Shown in pieces: positions 8,622 to 17,511 of a stretch of DNA of 24,000 nucleotides. A model generated the notes under the pieces. It saw nothing but the letters and a program-made list of their open reading frames with translations, was not told the DNA's origin and did no database searches. Every line of letters starts with the position of its first letter. Position 1 is the first letter of the stretch. Made by a program: the position numbers and the translations under genes. The DNA lies in the NCBI GenBank assembly GCA_016235185.1, contig JACRLT010000042.1, positions 37,917 to 61,916 on the forward strand, given 5' to 3'. The stretch is from Candidatus Omnitrophota bacterium. GTDB lineage: Bacteria; Omnitrophota; Gorgyraeia; Velamenicoccales; Velamenicoccaceae.

Positions 8622-9206
8622 TTAATCACCCATATCTGTCAGCATATCCCCCATATCCGGCATGCCAAGTGACATCTTCTGATAACCGGCAGGGATCTCG
8701 AATAATCCCTGATCTTGTGCGCCGGTCTGGATATTCTTGAACTCGCTCGACCAGCTACCGTCTATAGCAGCGGTCTTTACCGGGATATGCGTACTATCAT
8801 CGATCCACTGGAAGACCGCCTCACGCCTGCCTTGCGCCTGGAAAGTCACGCGGTACTTAGTCGTGGCCATGCCATTGACCGTCTCTTTACCTTCAACGAT
8901 ACGTTCGATCTCTCCGGCCACCTTCTCCTGTGTCCCGGCGGCCGAGCGCGCGTCGATCGGCTGTTCCATATACATCGACTCACTCGGCATAAGCACCCAC
9001 GCTACCATCTTATCCATGCGGCTTATAGTCGTAGCTTCCGGCATATCCATCCGCGACTTCTGGCCCGAAACATAAATTTTTGCCGTAAAAGTCCCATCTG
9101 AAGAAGAACTCACCATATCCGCGCTAAAATCCTCCGCGTAACTAGTGCCTGCCAATAACGCCATCCCAAACACTAAAAATATCGAATAAAACGCAACCTT
9201 CCGCAT
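8622..9206 (-). CDS. Exported protein, DUF4412-like / outer-membrane lipoprotein-sorting-like
   Basis: Signal peptide and KIYVSGQKSRMDMP..MVWVLMPSESMYMEQP..TTKYRVTFQAQGRREAVFQWIDDSTHIPVKT. Confidence 0.6.
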   Translation of the reverse strand: MRKVAFYSIFLVFGMALLAGTSYAEDFSADMVSSSSDGTFTAKIYVSGQKSRMDMPEATTISRMDKMVAWVLMPSESMYMEQPIDARSAAGTQEKVAGEIERIVEGKETVNGMATTKYRVTFQAQGRREAVFQWIDDSTHIPVKTAAIDGSWSSEFKNIQTGAQDQGLFEIPAGYQKMSLGMPDMGDMLTDMGD

Positions 9207-9232
9207 ACCCGCCTCCGCAATGGTTTCTGTCC

Positions 9233-9541
9233 CTATTTTTTTCCGCTTGCCTGATATCCGTATAACCCTATTTTCTTCCTATTGGATTGCGGCCTGAAAT
9301 GCACAAAAATGCGGCCGTAATTCTTGTCATCCTTCTCTACCCTATGGTAGAGCTGCTTTATCTTCGGCTGTGCCAAAAAACGCAGTACATGTTTTTTTAG
9401 TTCCCCGCTCCCTTTACCGGCGATGATCTCCACTAAAGCGATCCTTTTAGTGACAGCCTCATCGACAACCCGATTAAGCTCGATATCGATCAGGTTCCCT
9501 TTATTAAAAATATCGTGCAGATCCAACTTTATTCTGGCCAT
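9233..9541 (-). CDS. Small Smr-domain protein
   Basis: IKLDLHDIF..., ALVEIIAGKGSGELKKHVLRFLAQP, GRIFVHF; Smr-like LDLH and GxGxG pattern. Confidence 0.75.
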   Translation of the reverse strand: MARIKLDLHDIFNKGNLIDIELNRVVDEAVTKRIALVEIIAGKGSGELKKHVLRFLAQPKIKQLYHRVEKDDKNYGRIFVHFRPQSNRKKIGLYGYQASGKK

Positions 9542-9602
9542 GGCCTTATTATTGACTTACGCAAAACCAATGGAAGCTTCTTTGCGTTCCTCTATAATTA
9601 TG

Positions 9603-10235
9603 CTAGTTGTCTAGGACTGTAAATTCATGGATATATTTTTTTATAGATTCGCCTATTGTCAGGAAATCTTTTTTGGCAAGCAGCTCTTTTTTAAAGACGC
9701 TTGCGCCGAAGCTGACGGCAGAAGCGCCATTCGCAAAATATGTCCTCAAGTTTTGGGGCGTCACACCGCCGCACGCCAAAAGCTCAACATCACCAAACGG
9801 CCTTTTTATCTCCTTGAAATATTCAGGCCCGAAAAAATTAGACGGGAAGACCTTGACCATAGTCGCGCCGCTCTTCCAGGCGTTCCAGATTTCCTGGGGG
9901 GTCAGCGCCCCGGGGAACGCGGGTATATTATTTTTGACGCAATACTCCATGACGTCCTGGACAAGCGCAGGCATGACGATAAATGTTGCGCCGGCATCAA
10001 GCGCGCTTTTTAGACTCTCTAGATCCAATACTGTGCCGGCCCCGATCGTCAGGCGCTTTTTTGATAGCGCAACGGCTTTACGGATCAATTCGGCAGCGCC
10101 CTTGGTATTCATGGTTATCTCTATTGTTTTTAATCCTGCGGACTCGATGGTGGCGACCAAAGGTTCAAGCGTCTCGGCTCCTATGCCGCGCAAGATGCCG
10201 AGGATCGGCAATTGTTTAAATTTCGCGACTTCCAC
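9603..10235 (-). CDS. eda: 2-dehydro-3-deoxyphosphogluconate (KDPG) aldolase family
   Basis: PILGILRGI, LTIGAGTVLDLE, FIVMPAL, PAFPGALTPQEI, MVKVFPSNFFGP.., LLACGGVTPQN. Confidence 0.88.
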   Translation of the reverse strand: MEVAKFKQLPILGILRGIGAETLEPLVATIESAGLKTIEITMNTKGAAELIRKAVALSKKRLTIGAGTVLDLESLKSALDAGATFIVMPALVQDVMEYCVKNNIPAFPGALTPQEIWNAWKSGATMVKVFPSNFFGPEYFKEIKRPFGDVELLACGGVTPQNLRTYFANGASAVSFGASVFKKELLAKKDFLTIGESIKKYIHEFTVLDN

Positions 10236-10236
10236 C

Positions 10237-11187
10237 CTATTCCTCCACTTCCCCGACTAAGCTGTCATAAAATTCCCGGTAATTCTCCTTCTTGTCACTG
10301 CTTCGCAAAGCTATAGCAGCCCTGGGATGCTCATCAAGGATGCCGGTGATAGCATAGGGAATAATATATCCCCACTCCATCTTTTCCCGTAACGGGATAA
10401 ACTCCTTAGAGATAAGATCAAGGACAGGCCTTATGTCGAATTTCGGATTTTTTAAAAATCCCAGCACAAGTTCCAACGGGCAGTTCCCCGCTGCACGGCC
10501 CAACCCATAAACAGTGGCATCCACATAATTGGCATCATGGATTATCGCCTCAATAGTGTTGCTAAAAGCAAGCTGCTGGTTGTTATGCGCATGTATCCCA
10601 ACTTCTTTGGATTTCAGTATGCTTTTTGCTTTTTTTATGAGGAACTCCGTTGTCTCCTGATACAAAGCACCAAAACTATCGACGATATAGATGACGCCCG
10701 CCTTGCACTCAAGTTCCAGCTGTTGCAGGCATTCGGTCAATTCATTATCCAATGCCCGCGATATAGCCATGATATTGACCGTGGTTTCATAACCTTTGTC
10801 GGCAAAATGGTTCACCAGATATATGGCCTTATCGATATCCTTTACATAAGATGCCACACGCATCATTGCAACCGGGCTGTCTTTGCGCGGTACGATATCA
10901 TCAACATCCACCCTGTCCACGTCCACCATACAAGAGATCTTGGTCTTTGACTCTATACCGTCAGTGACTTTTTTTATGTCCTCTTCATCGCAGAATTTCC
11001 ATCTTCCGAAGTCCTTGGGTGAAAACAGTTTCTTGGAATTCTTGTAACCTATCTCCATGTAATCTACGCCGGCCAATGAAAGCGCCTTATAGACCTCGCG
11101 GACAAACCGGATATCAAAATCGTGGTTATTGATAAGCCCGCCGTCCCTTATCGTGCAATCCAATACTTTTATCTTCTCTCGAAACAT
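10237..11187 (-). CDS. DRE-TIM metallolyase / HMGL-like aldolase
   Basis: IKVLDCTIRDGGLINN..., GVDYMEIGYK, YIVDSFGAL, GIHAHNNQQLAFSNTIEA, VDATVYGLGRAAGNCPLE. Confidence 0.88.
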   Translation of the reverse strand: MFREKIKVLDCTIRDGGLINNHDFDIRFVREVYKALSLAGVDYMEIGYKNSKKLFSPKDFGRWKFCDEEDIKKVTDGIESKTKISCMVDVDRVDVDDIVPRKDSPVAMMRVASYVKDIDKAIYLVNHFADKGYETTVNIMAISRALDNELTECLQQLELECKAGVIYIVDSFGALYQETTEFLIKKAKSILKSKEVGIHAHNNQQLAFSNTIEAIIHDANYVDATVYGLGRAAGNCPLELVLGFLKNPKFDIRPVLDLISKEFIPLREKMEWGYIIPYAITGILDEHPRAAIALRSSDKKENYREFYDSLVGEVEE

Positions 11188-11280
11188 ATTTACTCCCTTT
11201 TGTTAGACGTTATGGATCCTGCTGAAACTGCGCTTCATTATACCCTGCAGACCTTAGGTGGGCTACAAAAAAAATACAAA

Positions 11281-11300
11281 AAAACCTGCCAAAAGGCAGG
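11281..11300. terminator. Candidate terminator-like hairpin CCTGCCaaaaGGCAGG
   Basis: Short GC hairpin between the HMGL gene and tmRNA, flanked by A-rich sequence; terminator function is an inference. Confidence 0.3.
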
Positions 11301-11310
11301 CAAAAGTAAA

Positions 11311-11380
11311 GGGGCAAGCGTGGGGACATACCATTTTTCACGGGCATATCCTGCCCTCTAGATGTCCGGCCGCTTGCCCT
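11311..11380. repeat. REP-like palindromic element
   Basis: GGGGCAAGCGTGGGGACATACC...AGATGTCCGGCCGCTTGCCC; arms GGGCAAGCG/CGCTTGCCC and GGACAT/ATGTCC. Confidence 0.55.
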
Positions 11381-11540
11381 TAAAGCTTGATGCTTGAAAC
11401 TTACTGCATGTTTCAACCTTAATTAAAATGTAACACATCAAATATAATTTTCAAGGGGGATAAAAAAATTATTTTCCCCGCGTTTTGAGATACTTTCGCG
11501 CCCTGCTCGGCTTACCGCCTCGCTACGGTCGCTCAAGTAT

Positions 11541-11576
11541 CCACCATCTTTTTCCGATACAGGAAAAAGATGGTGG
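11541..11576 (-). repeat. Perfect 15-bp inverted repeat overlapping the tmRNA 3' CCA; possible terminator/processing hairpin
   Basis: CCACCATCTTTTTCC-gataca-GGAAAAAGATGGTGG; the right arm includes the complement of the tmRNA 3'-terminal CCACCA. Confidence 0.7.
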
Positions 11577-12043
11577 AGGTGGGCGGAATCGAACCGCCGT
11601 CCTTAAATTATCCGATAGAAAGCACTACATGTTTAGCCTATTTATTAATTTAACCTGTTTTACTCCAGTAGGCAGGATTAAAACAGGCTGTCCTTTTTTA
11701 GATTTAATCCCGACAACTAAAGGAATGTTGTTGGAACGAGCCTGTTTCCGGCACCTATACGCTTCCAGGCAAAACGCATAAGTGGTCCCGCTTAATGAGC
11801 GAGAGCTAACGCTGGAGTTGCAGGAGCAGCTGTCAATCCAGGATTGGTAGCCTCAGTGGAGAACAAACTTACTGTTTCCTCTGATGTAGCCGCCATACTT
11901 GGACCATTGGCAATTGCTTCAGCTTCTCTGATCAGACTTTCGTCTTTTGCGTTTATATTGTGCAAGGTGTTTAAAGAGGCCTCCTCGCAACCTCTACATG
12001 CTCCATCTACCAGTAAAACCTAAGTCGAGCCCTTTTCACCCCC
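11571..12043 (-). ncRNA. ssrA: Transfer-messenger RNA (tmRNA)
   Basis: The minus strand reads 5' GGGGGTGAAAAGGGCTCGACTTAG ... GCAAAAGACGAAAGT (resume region) ... GCGTTAGCTCTCGCTCATTAA ... GGACGGCGGTTCGATTCCGCCCACCTCCACCA 3'. The acceptor ends pair (GGGGGUG/CACCUCC), the T-arm is canonical, CCA is encoded, and the tag stop lies in an H5-like hairpin loop. Confidence 0.95.
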
Positions 12044-12081
12044 AGGCATACCTCAAAGAACAATGGATCAACTGCCATCAT

Positions 12082-13002
12082 TTAAAACGCTGGCCTTCTT
12101 CTAACCCCTTTTCCTGTAAAGTGTTTTATCGCTTCAGGAGGATATTCCAGGAAATATTTATCTTCTCCCAGGAATGAAGAATCCTTGAAGAAGAACTTCT
12201 CAAACTCATTAAAATTATAAGCCATAATGACTGTTTTTACAATGCTAATTATCGCATCTTTTTTCTCATCAGCCGTTAAGTCAAAGGGCGTTGTATTATA
12301 CTCAAGAGCGAAACGTTTGTAAATACGCCACTTAATCTGCTTTTCAACAAACTCCTGCATAGTCACGTCATGGTAATTGACATGTGTTCCTTCTATATCC
12401 CGATAAGATGAGGATGTTTTATTGCCATCAAGGTCAACTTGTTCTTCTATCTTCTCCAGGTCCCAAGACAGCCGGCTAAAGCCCTCACCCGAAAAATCAA
12501 CGCCAACATTATAATTCTTTAAATCGTCAATAAAACCCATATAATATTCATCAACAGTATTATTTGGATCTTCAATATTCGTAACAACAAGCACAAAAAA
12601 CGTATAGGGCTGCGTACATCTAAGTTCGAGATCGCGCATCAGTCTCACTACTTTCTGCGAGATGTATCTTAATTCAGGAGGGTCCTGCTTTCTGAACGGG
12701 TTGAAAGAGGCAATGTTATATTCAAGATTAAAAGCATTATCATTTTTTATCTTAGTCCCTGCAAGCCCTTTCCTTCCTGACGAATAAGGCATATATACCC
12801 ATAGGGTGTCATTGGCAGCCCTGCAGGTGACGCGCGCCTGGTAGCGGTTCTTGCAAATCACGGGAAGAACTCCCAGGAGCTCTTCCCGTGACATCTTAAA
12901 AGAATTCTCACACGACGTCAGAAGAACCATCAATGAACATAATAAAAAAAATCTCACAGATACCCGCGCCGGCAACATTATCTTATTTGTATTATTTTCC
13001 AT
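12082..13002 (-). CDS. Putative lipoprotein of unknown function, coupled to the tandem FtsH
   Basis: The ORF as listed extends to 13185, but the likely start is MENNTNKIMLPARVSVRFFLLCSLMVLLTSC (lipobox LTSC), with its ATG 4 nt after the FtsH stop codon. Confidence 0.75.
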   Translation of the reverse strand: MENNTNKIMLPARVSVRFFLLCSLMVLLTSCENSFKMSREELLGVLPVICKNRYQARVTCRAANDTLWVYMPYSSGRKGLAGTKIKNDNAFNLEYNIASFNPFRKQDPPELRYISQKVVRLMRDLELRCTQPYTFFVLVVTNIEDPNNTVDEYYMGFIDDLKNYNVGVDFSGEGFSRLSWDLEKIEEQVDLDGNKTSSSYRDIEGTHVNYHDVTMQEFVEKQIKWRIYKRFALEYNTTPFDLTADEKKDAIISIVKTVIMAYNFNEFEKFFFKDSSFLGEDKYFLEYPPEAIKHFTGKGVRRRPAF

Positions 13003-13006
13003 AAGC

Positions 13007-16000
13007 CTAAACTCCCGGCCTTGCTTTACCGAAAGATTTAAAAATCTCTTCCATCTGGTCATAATCCAATTCTTCTTTTTCAAGAAGTGACTGCGCGAAT
13101 TTATCAAGCAGCGCTCTTTCCTGCGAAAGTATCTTTTCAACGTCGCTGCGGCATTCGCCGATGATCTTTTGCACGTCGCTATCAAGTTTTGCCTTCATCT
13201 CTTCAGACATCCTAGATTCAGCCGGTTGGTTGCCGAAAGCAAGGGCTGAAAAGTTTCCGCTCATCCCGCTTTCACCCATGCCCCACTCATAAACCATGCT
13301 ATAGGCGACCCGCATGACATTTTTTAGATCTGCGGATACGCCTGCGGTTGTATAGCCATATTTTGTTTTTTCTGCCACATACCCTCCGAGAGATGTCTTG
13401 ATATTTGCCAGCGCCTGTTTTTGGTCAAATGCCAGGGTCTCCTCTGTGGCATGAGACCAGCTTACCCCTGCTGAGCTCTTGCGCGGAATAATACTCACCT
13501 TGAAAACATCTCTTTTGGGCTGAAGCAAATAAGTCATAATAGCGTGCCCTGCCTCATGATACGCCGTGGCTTCTTTTTCCTGACGCGACAACTGGACACG
13601 CTGCCGTAATCCCAGCTCAATACGCTCCATTGCCTCGCTTATTTCATCCATTGTAATAAAGTCTTTTTTATTCCTCACCACAAGTATGGCTGCCTCGTGG
13701 ACCATATTGGCTATATCCGCCGGAGAATAACCAACACTGATACGCGCAAGTTTATCTGTACGCACTGAATTTTTATCATAGCTGACATTGGAAAGGTAAT
13801 ATTCAAAAAGCTTTTGCCTATCTTCCAGATTGGGAAGATAGATATATAATTTACGGTCAAAACGGCCCGGGCGCAAAAGAGCCGGGTCAAAATGATCTTC
13901 GGGCATATTAGTCGCGCCAACCACCACAATATTAAACTCCGCATCTTTTTCCTTAAGGCCGTCCATCTCTACTAGAAATTGATTGAGGGTCTGATTATGC
14001 TCTCTCTGCCCTCCGAGACCCATATCAACGGCGCGCCTGGCTCCAAGTGCGTCAATTTCATCAATAAATAAAATACATCCGCCGTGAATCTGGGCCAATT
14101 CTTTAGCTTCTATGAACATACGCCGTATGCGCATAGCGCCCACTCCAACAAACATCTCAACAAATTCTGAGCCGGATTTATACAAAAACGGCAGATTAAA
14201 CTCTGTGGCCATAGCGCTGCCCAGATATGTCTTGCCGCAGCCAGGAGGCCCGAACATGAGAAGTCCCTTGATAATTTTTCCTCCGACTCTCTGCAAGCGA
14301 GCCCTGTCCTTTATCAATTCCACTACCTCACGCGCTTCCTGCTTTGTTTCATCCATGCCTATAACATCATCCCAAGTAACGCCTGTTTTTATGATGCGGG
14401 CTTCCTGGACCATTACAGCTTCTCTTGCAGGCCGCTCTTTATCGGATTCCTTAAAAATCTGCTCAATCTCATCATAATTAAGCTCTTCTTTTTCCTCTAA
14501 TTCCTTCGCCAGCTTTTCAACTATTTTCCACTCCTGTCTTAAAAGAGTATTGATCTGCCGATAACAGTGCTCGATCATCTCCTGGGCATCTTTGTCCAAA
14601 TCCTCCTGAATTAGATTAGACACGCCTGCACCTTCAAAATTGCCTATGTGTCCTGACTTACCCATCCCCCAGCGCCATACCATATTATGAGCAAGCTCCG
14701 TCGCTTTACGCAAGTCGCTTTCAGCCACATTTGAGGTCACGCCGAATTTTATCTTTTCAGAGACAAAACCTGCCAGTGATATTTTTATATCCGCCTGGAC
14801 CAGGTTTTTATCGCGGCTTAAAACCTCCTCTTTTTCAGTCAAAAGAGAAGATACAATATCTTTACCCCTGGGAATGATAGTTGCTTTAAAAACATCTTTG
14901 GTCGGAACCAACAGATATGTAACCAGGATATGGCCTGCCTCATAAAAAGAAAGCCGCGCCTTCTCTTCCTGCGTCATTCTAAAATGGCGCTTTATACCTA
15001 GCGATATCCTTTCGCGGGCCTCTTTCATTTCTTTCATAGTAATAGCAGGTTTTTTATTGCGCTGCGTTATAACCAGTGCCTCCTGAACCATATTCGCTAT
15101 TTCCGCAGGAGAAGCGCCTACGGTAATACGCGCCAAGCTCTCAATATCTGCTGAGTTTTTATCATAAGAAGTCTTTCCCAAATAATACTCAAAAAGTTTT
15201 TTGCGGTCATACGCATCAGGCAAGTCTACCACTATCTTGCGGTCAAACCTACCGGGGCGAAGAAAGGCCGGATCGAGAAATTTTTCTGACATGTTGGTAG
15301 CGCCAAATACTACTATATTATCGGCCTTACTTCTTAAGCCGTCCATTTCAACAAGCAATTGGTTTAAGGTGGTGTTGTGTTCTGTCGTGCCGCCAAAACC
15401 TTCAAACGTTCCCCTTGACATACCCATCGCATCAATCTCATCGATAAAGATAACGCACCCGCCTTCCAGGGCAGCTAATTCTCTGGCTTGCTTAAACAAC
15501 TTGCGTACCCGGCTGGCGCCGACTCCGACGAACACCTCTACAAATTCAGAACCCGACAACGATAAAAACGGAAGCTTGGTCTCGGTGGCTATAGCTTTGA
15601 CGAGATAAGTCTTACCGCAACCCGGAGGGCCCAATAATAATACTCCTTTTAATATTTTTGAGCCGCTTTTTTCAAGCTCTACCCTGTCTGTTATAAGCTG
15701 CACAACCTCTCTTGCCTCTTTCTTCGACTCCTCCATCCCGATGACATCTTCCCAGCGCACACCGATATCTGCGCCTCTGATATAAGACTTGCCTATTCGA
15801 GTAAAAGCCCTGGCTGCATCGCCGCGCATAATAAACACCCACATCAATCCAAAAATTACCGATTGAATAACCGCAAAATAAAGCTGGAACGGAAACCCCC
15901 CTATCGTACGCTGCTTAGTCACAAAATCTACACTGGACCACTCCGAAATTCCACGATAAAGAAGGATACCCACCGAGATAACCATAACTAAAGACACAAC

Positions 16001-16060
16001 AACCATAATTATTTTGATCCAGTGCAATTTGAAAAATATTTTCATTCTTTTGTTATCCAT
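13007..16060 (-). CDS. Tandem-duplicated FtsH-like AAA+ / M41 metalloprotease (two complete units in one 1017-aa chain)
   Basis: Two Walker A (GPPGCGKTYLVKAIATE; GPPGCGKTYLGSAMATE), two Walker B (GGCVIFIDEIDAMG; GGCILFIDEIDALG), two SRH (DPAFLRPGRFDRKI; DPALLRPGRFDRKL), and two M41 regions (SFYEAGHILVTYL; AYHEAGHAIMTYL). Two N-terminal TM segments, only before unit 1. Confidence 0.93.
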   Translation of the reverse strand: MDNKRMKIFFKLHWIKIIMVVVSLVMVISVGILLYRGISEWSSVDFVTKQRTIGGFPFQLYFAVIQSVIFGLMWVFIMRGDAARAFTRIGKSYIRGADIGVRWEDVIGMEESKKEAREVVQLITDRVELEKSGSKILKGVLLLGPPGCGKTYLVKAIATETKLPFLSLSGSEFVEVFVGVGASRVRKLFKQARELAALEGGCVIFIDEIDAMGMSRGTFEGFGGTTEHNTTLNQLLVEMDGLRSKADNIVVFGATNMSEKFLDPAFLRPGRFDRKIVVDLPDAYDRKKLFEYYLGKTSYDKNSADIESLARITVGASPAEIANMVQEALVITQRNKKPAITMKEMKEARERISLGIKRHFRMTQEEKARLSFYEAGHILVTYLLVPTKDVFKATIIPRGKDIVSSLLTEKEEVLSRDKNLVQADIKISLAGFVSEKIKFGVTSNVAESDLRKATELAHNMVWRWGMGKSGHIGNFEGAGVSNLIQEDLDKDAQEMIEHCYRQINTLLRQEWKIVEKLAKELEEKEELNYDEIEQIFKESDKERPAREAVMVQEARIIKTGVTWDDVIGMDETKQEAREVVELIKDRARLQRVGGKIIKGLLMFGPPGCGKTYLGSAMATEFNLPFLYKSGSEFVEMFVGVGAMRIRRMFIEAKELAQIHGGCILFIDEIDALGARRAVDMGLGGQREHNQTLNQFLVEMDGLKEKDAEFNIVVVGATNMPEDHFDPALLRPGRFDRKLYIYLPNLEDRQKLFEYYLSNVSYDKNSVRTDKLARISVGYSPADIANMVHEAAILVVRNKKDFITMDEISEAMERIELGLRQRVQLSRQEKEATAYHEAGHAIMTYLLQPKRDVFKVSIIPRKSSAGVSWSHATEETLAFDQKQALANIKTSLGGYVAEKTKYGYTTAGVSADLKNVMRVAYSMVYEWGMGESGMSGNFSALAFGNQPAESRMSEEMKAKLDSDVQKIIGECRSDVEKILSQERALLDKFAQSLLEKEELDYDQMEEIFKSFGKARPGV

Positions 16061-16075
16061 ACGTCAAGCTCCTTA

Positions 16076-16528
16076 TCACTTGTTCTTAAGCATTCTCTTC
16101 ATTGCCAAATTCGCTTCTCGGCGTCTTATATCTTGGCGCCTATCATATGTTTTTTTACCCTTGGCTAAAGATAGGGCCACCTTAACAAAACCTCTCGCGT
16201 TAAAATACATCTTCATCGGCACAAGCGTAAAACCACGCTGAGAAACCTTGCCTATTAATTTTTTTATCTGTGCGTGATGCAAGAGAAGACGCCTGGGCCT
16301 TGTGGCCTCTTCCTTAAAATAGCTGGCCTTTTCGTATGGGGTTATATGGCAGTTATGTAGATATATTTCGTTGCCTTCAATGCGGGCAAAGGCATCGTCG
16401 ATATTTGCCTTGTGGTCCCTAAGCGACTTGACTTCACTGCCCTTTAGCTCAAGACCGCACTCCAGGGTCTCTAAAACCTCATAATCCCTGAACAATTTGC
16501 GGTTTGTGGCTATGACCTTTTCGTCCAT
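16076..16528 (-). CDS. smpB: SsrA-binding protein SmpB
   Basis: IATNRKLFRDYEVLETLECGLELKGSEVKSLRDHKANIDDAFARI..., FTLVPMKMYFNARGFVKVALSLAKGKKTYDRR. Confidence 0.97.
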   Translation of the reverse strand: MDEKVIATNRKLFRDYEVLETLECGLELKGSEVKSLRDHKANIDDAFARIEGNEIYLHNCHITPYEKASYFKEEATRPRRLLLHHAQIKKLIGKVSQRGFTLVPMKMYFNARGFVKVALSLAKGKKTYDRRQDIRRREANLAMKRMLKNK

Positions 16529-16542
16529 AAATTATATCATAT

Positions 16543-17511
16543 TTAAAATGATTTTCCAGCCAGCGCCCAGTAAATGGCCAGGAATAACGGGATGGTCAAA
16601 ATGCTCAAAATGTGGCCGTAAAAGACGGCCTGATTTATCAGCCGGCCTGCCTGGTTATGGTTTTTTGTTATCACAGACAAAAGCGCTGCCGGCGGCATGG
16701 CAGCCTGCAGGAGGATCAAAAGCCCTACAAGAGGTTTAGGTTTGGCAAGGATGACAAACCCCAAAAAAAGCAAAGGTATAATAACAAGCTTTATCGAAAG
16801 CGAAAAACTGACAGGTTTTATATCCGTGCCGCCTTGTGTCTTTAACGACGCTAAATTGCCTCCGACAACAAGAATAGACAAAGGAATGGCGCAACGGCCC
16901 AGGATATCAACAGGCCGCGCAACAAACTGCGGCAGGATCGTTTTGATATTAAAAAATACGAATGCCAAAGCCAATAGCGTTGCAATGACCGGCGCGTTGA
17001 ACATGTGCCTGTAATCGAACCTCTGTCCTTTTTTAGGCGCCAATATCATGACGCCGAAAGAAAATATCGTCATGTTAAAACCTATCAAAAATAAGAATAT
17101 TAGAATAAACATCTCTTGCGCTGCCGCGGCAGGCAGCAAAGCCGCAACCAAAGGCAGGGGCAGGTAACCGGAATTCTGGAACGAAGTTATACCCAAAAAC
17201 TCCCCGGCGTTCTTTGCCAGTGTCTTATCAACTGCCAAAACAAGCGCCCCGCATGCATAGCCGACAAGGGTGATGAATATGCTGTAAAGCGGGAATATCC
17301 ACCAATCAGGATAAATGCTGAAACTGAAGCGCTCGACTATCTGGGAAAACATAAAACACGGCAAGAAAAGCCCGATGACAAGATCGCTTAAGACCCTTAC
17401 CCCTTCATCGCGGATGATATTGCGACGGACAATGAAAAATCCTACTGCCCCCAAAAGGACCAGTTCTAAAATAGAACCGAATGTCGTCTTAAACGCATCA
17501 ATAAACATCAT
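16543..17511 (-). CDS. AEC family (auxin efflux carrier-like) transporter
   Basis: Multiple TM segments; NSGYLPLPL, IPLSILVVGGNLA, LLILLQAAMPPAALLSVIT patterns. Confidence 0.82.
   Translation of the reverse strand: MMFIDAFKTTFGSILELVLLGAVGFFIVRRNIIRDEGVRVLSDLVIGLFLPCFMFSQIVERFSFSIYPDWWIFPLYSIFITLVGYACGALVLAVDKTLAKNAGEFLGITSFQNSGYLPLPLVAALLPAAAAQEMFILIFLFLIGFNMTIFSFGVMILAPKKGQRFDYRHMFNAPVIATLLALAFVFFNIKTILPQFVARPVDILGRCAIPLSILVVGGNLASLKTQGGTDIKPVSFSLSIKLVIIPLLFLGFVILAKPKPLVGLLILLQAAMPPAALLSVITKNHNQAGRLINQAVFYGHILSILTIPLFLAIYWALAGKSF

Noticed and set aside
9607-10260. 217-aa plus-strand ORF
   Set aside because: Antisense shadow of the KDPG aldolase gene, which has clear family motifs.
11485-11781. 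98-aa plus-strand ORF
   Set aside because: Lies antisense over the tmRNA 3' half; best explained by the RNA gene.
11947-12177. 76-aa plus-strand ORF
   Set aside because: Antisense over the tmRNA 5' end and the lipoprotein 3' end.
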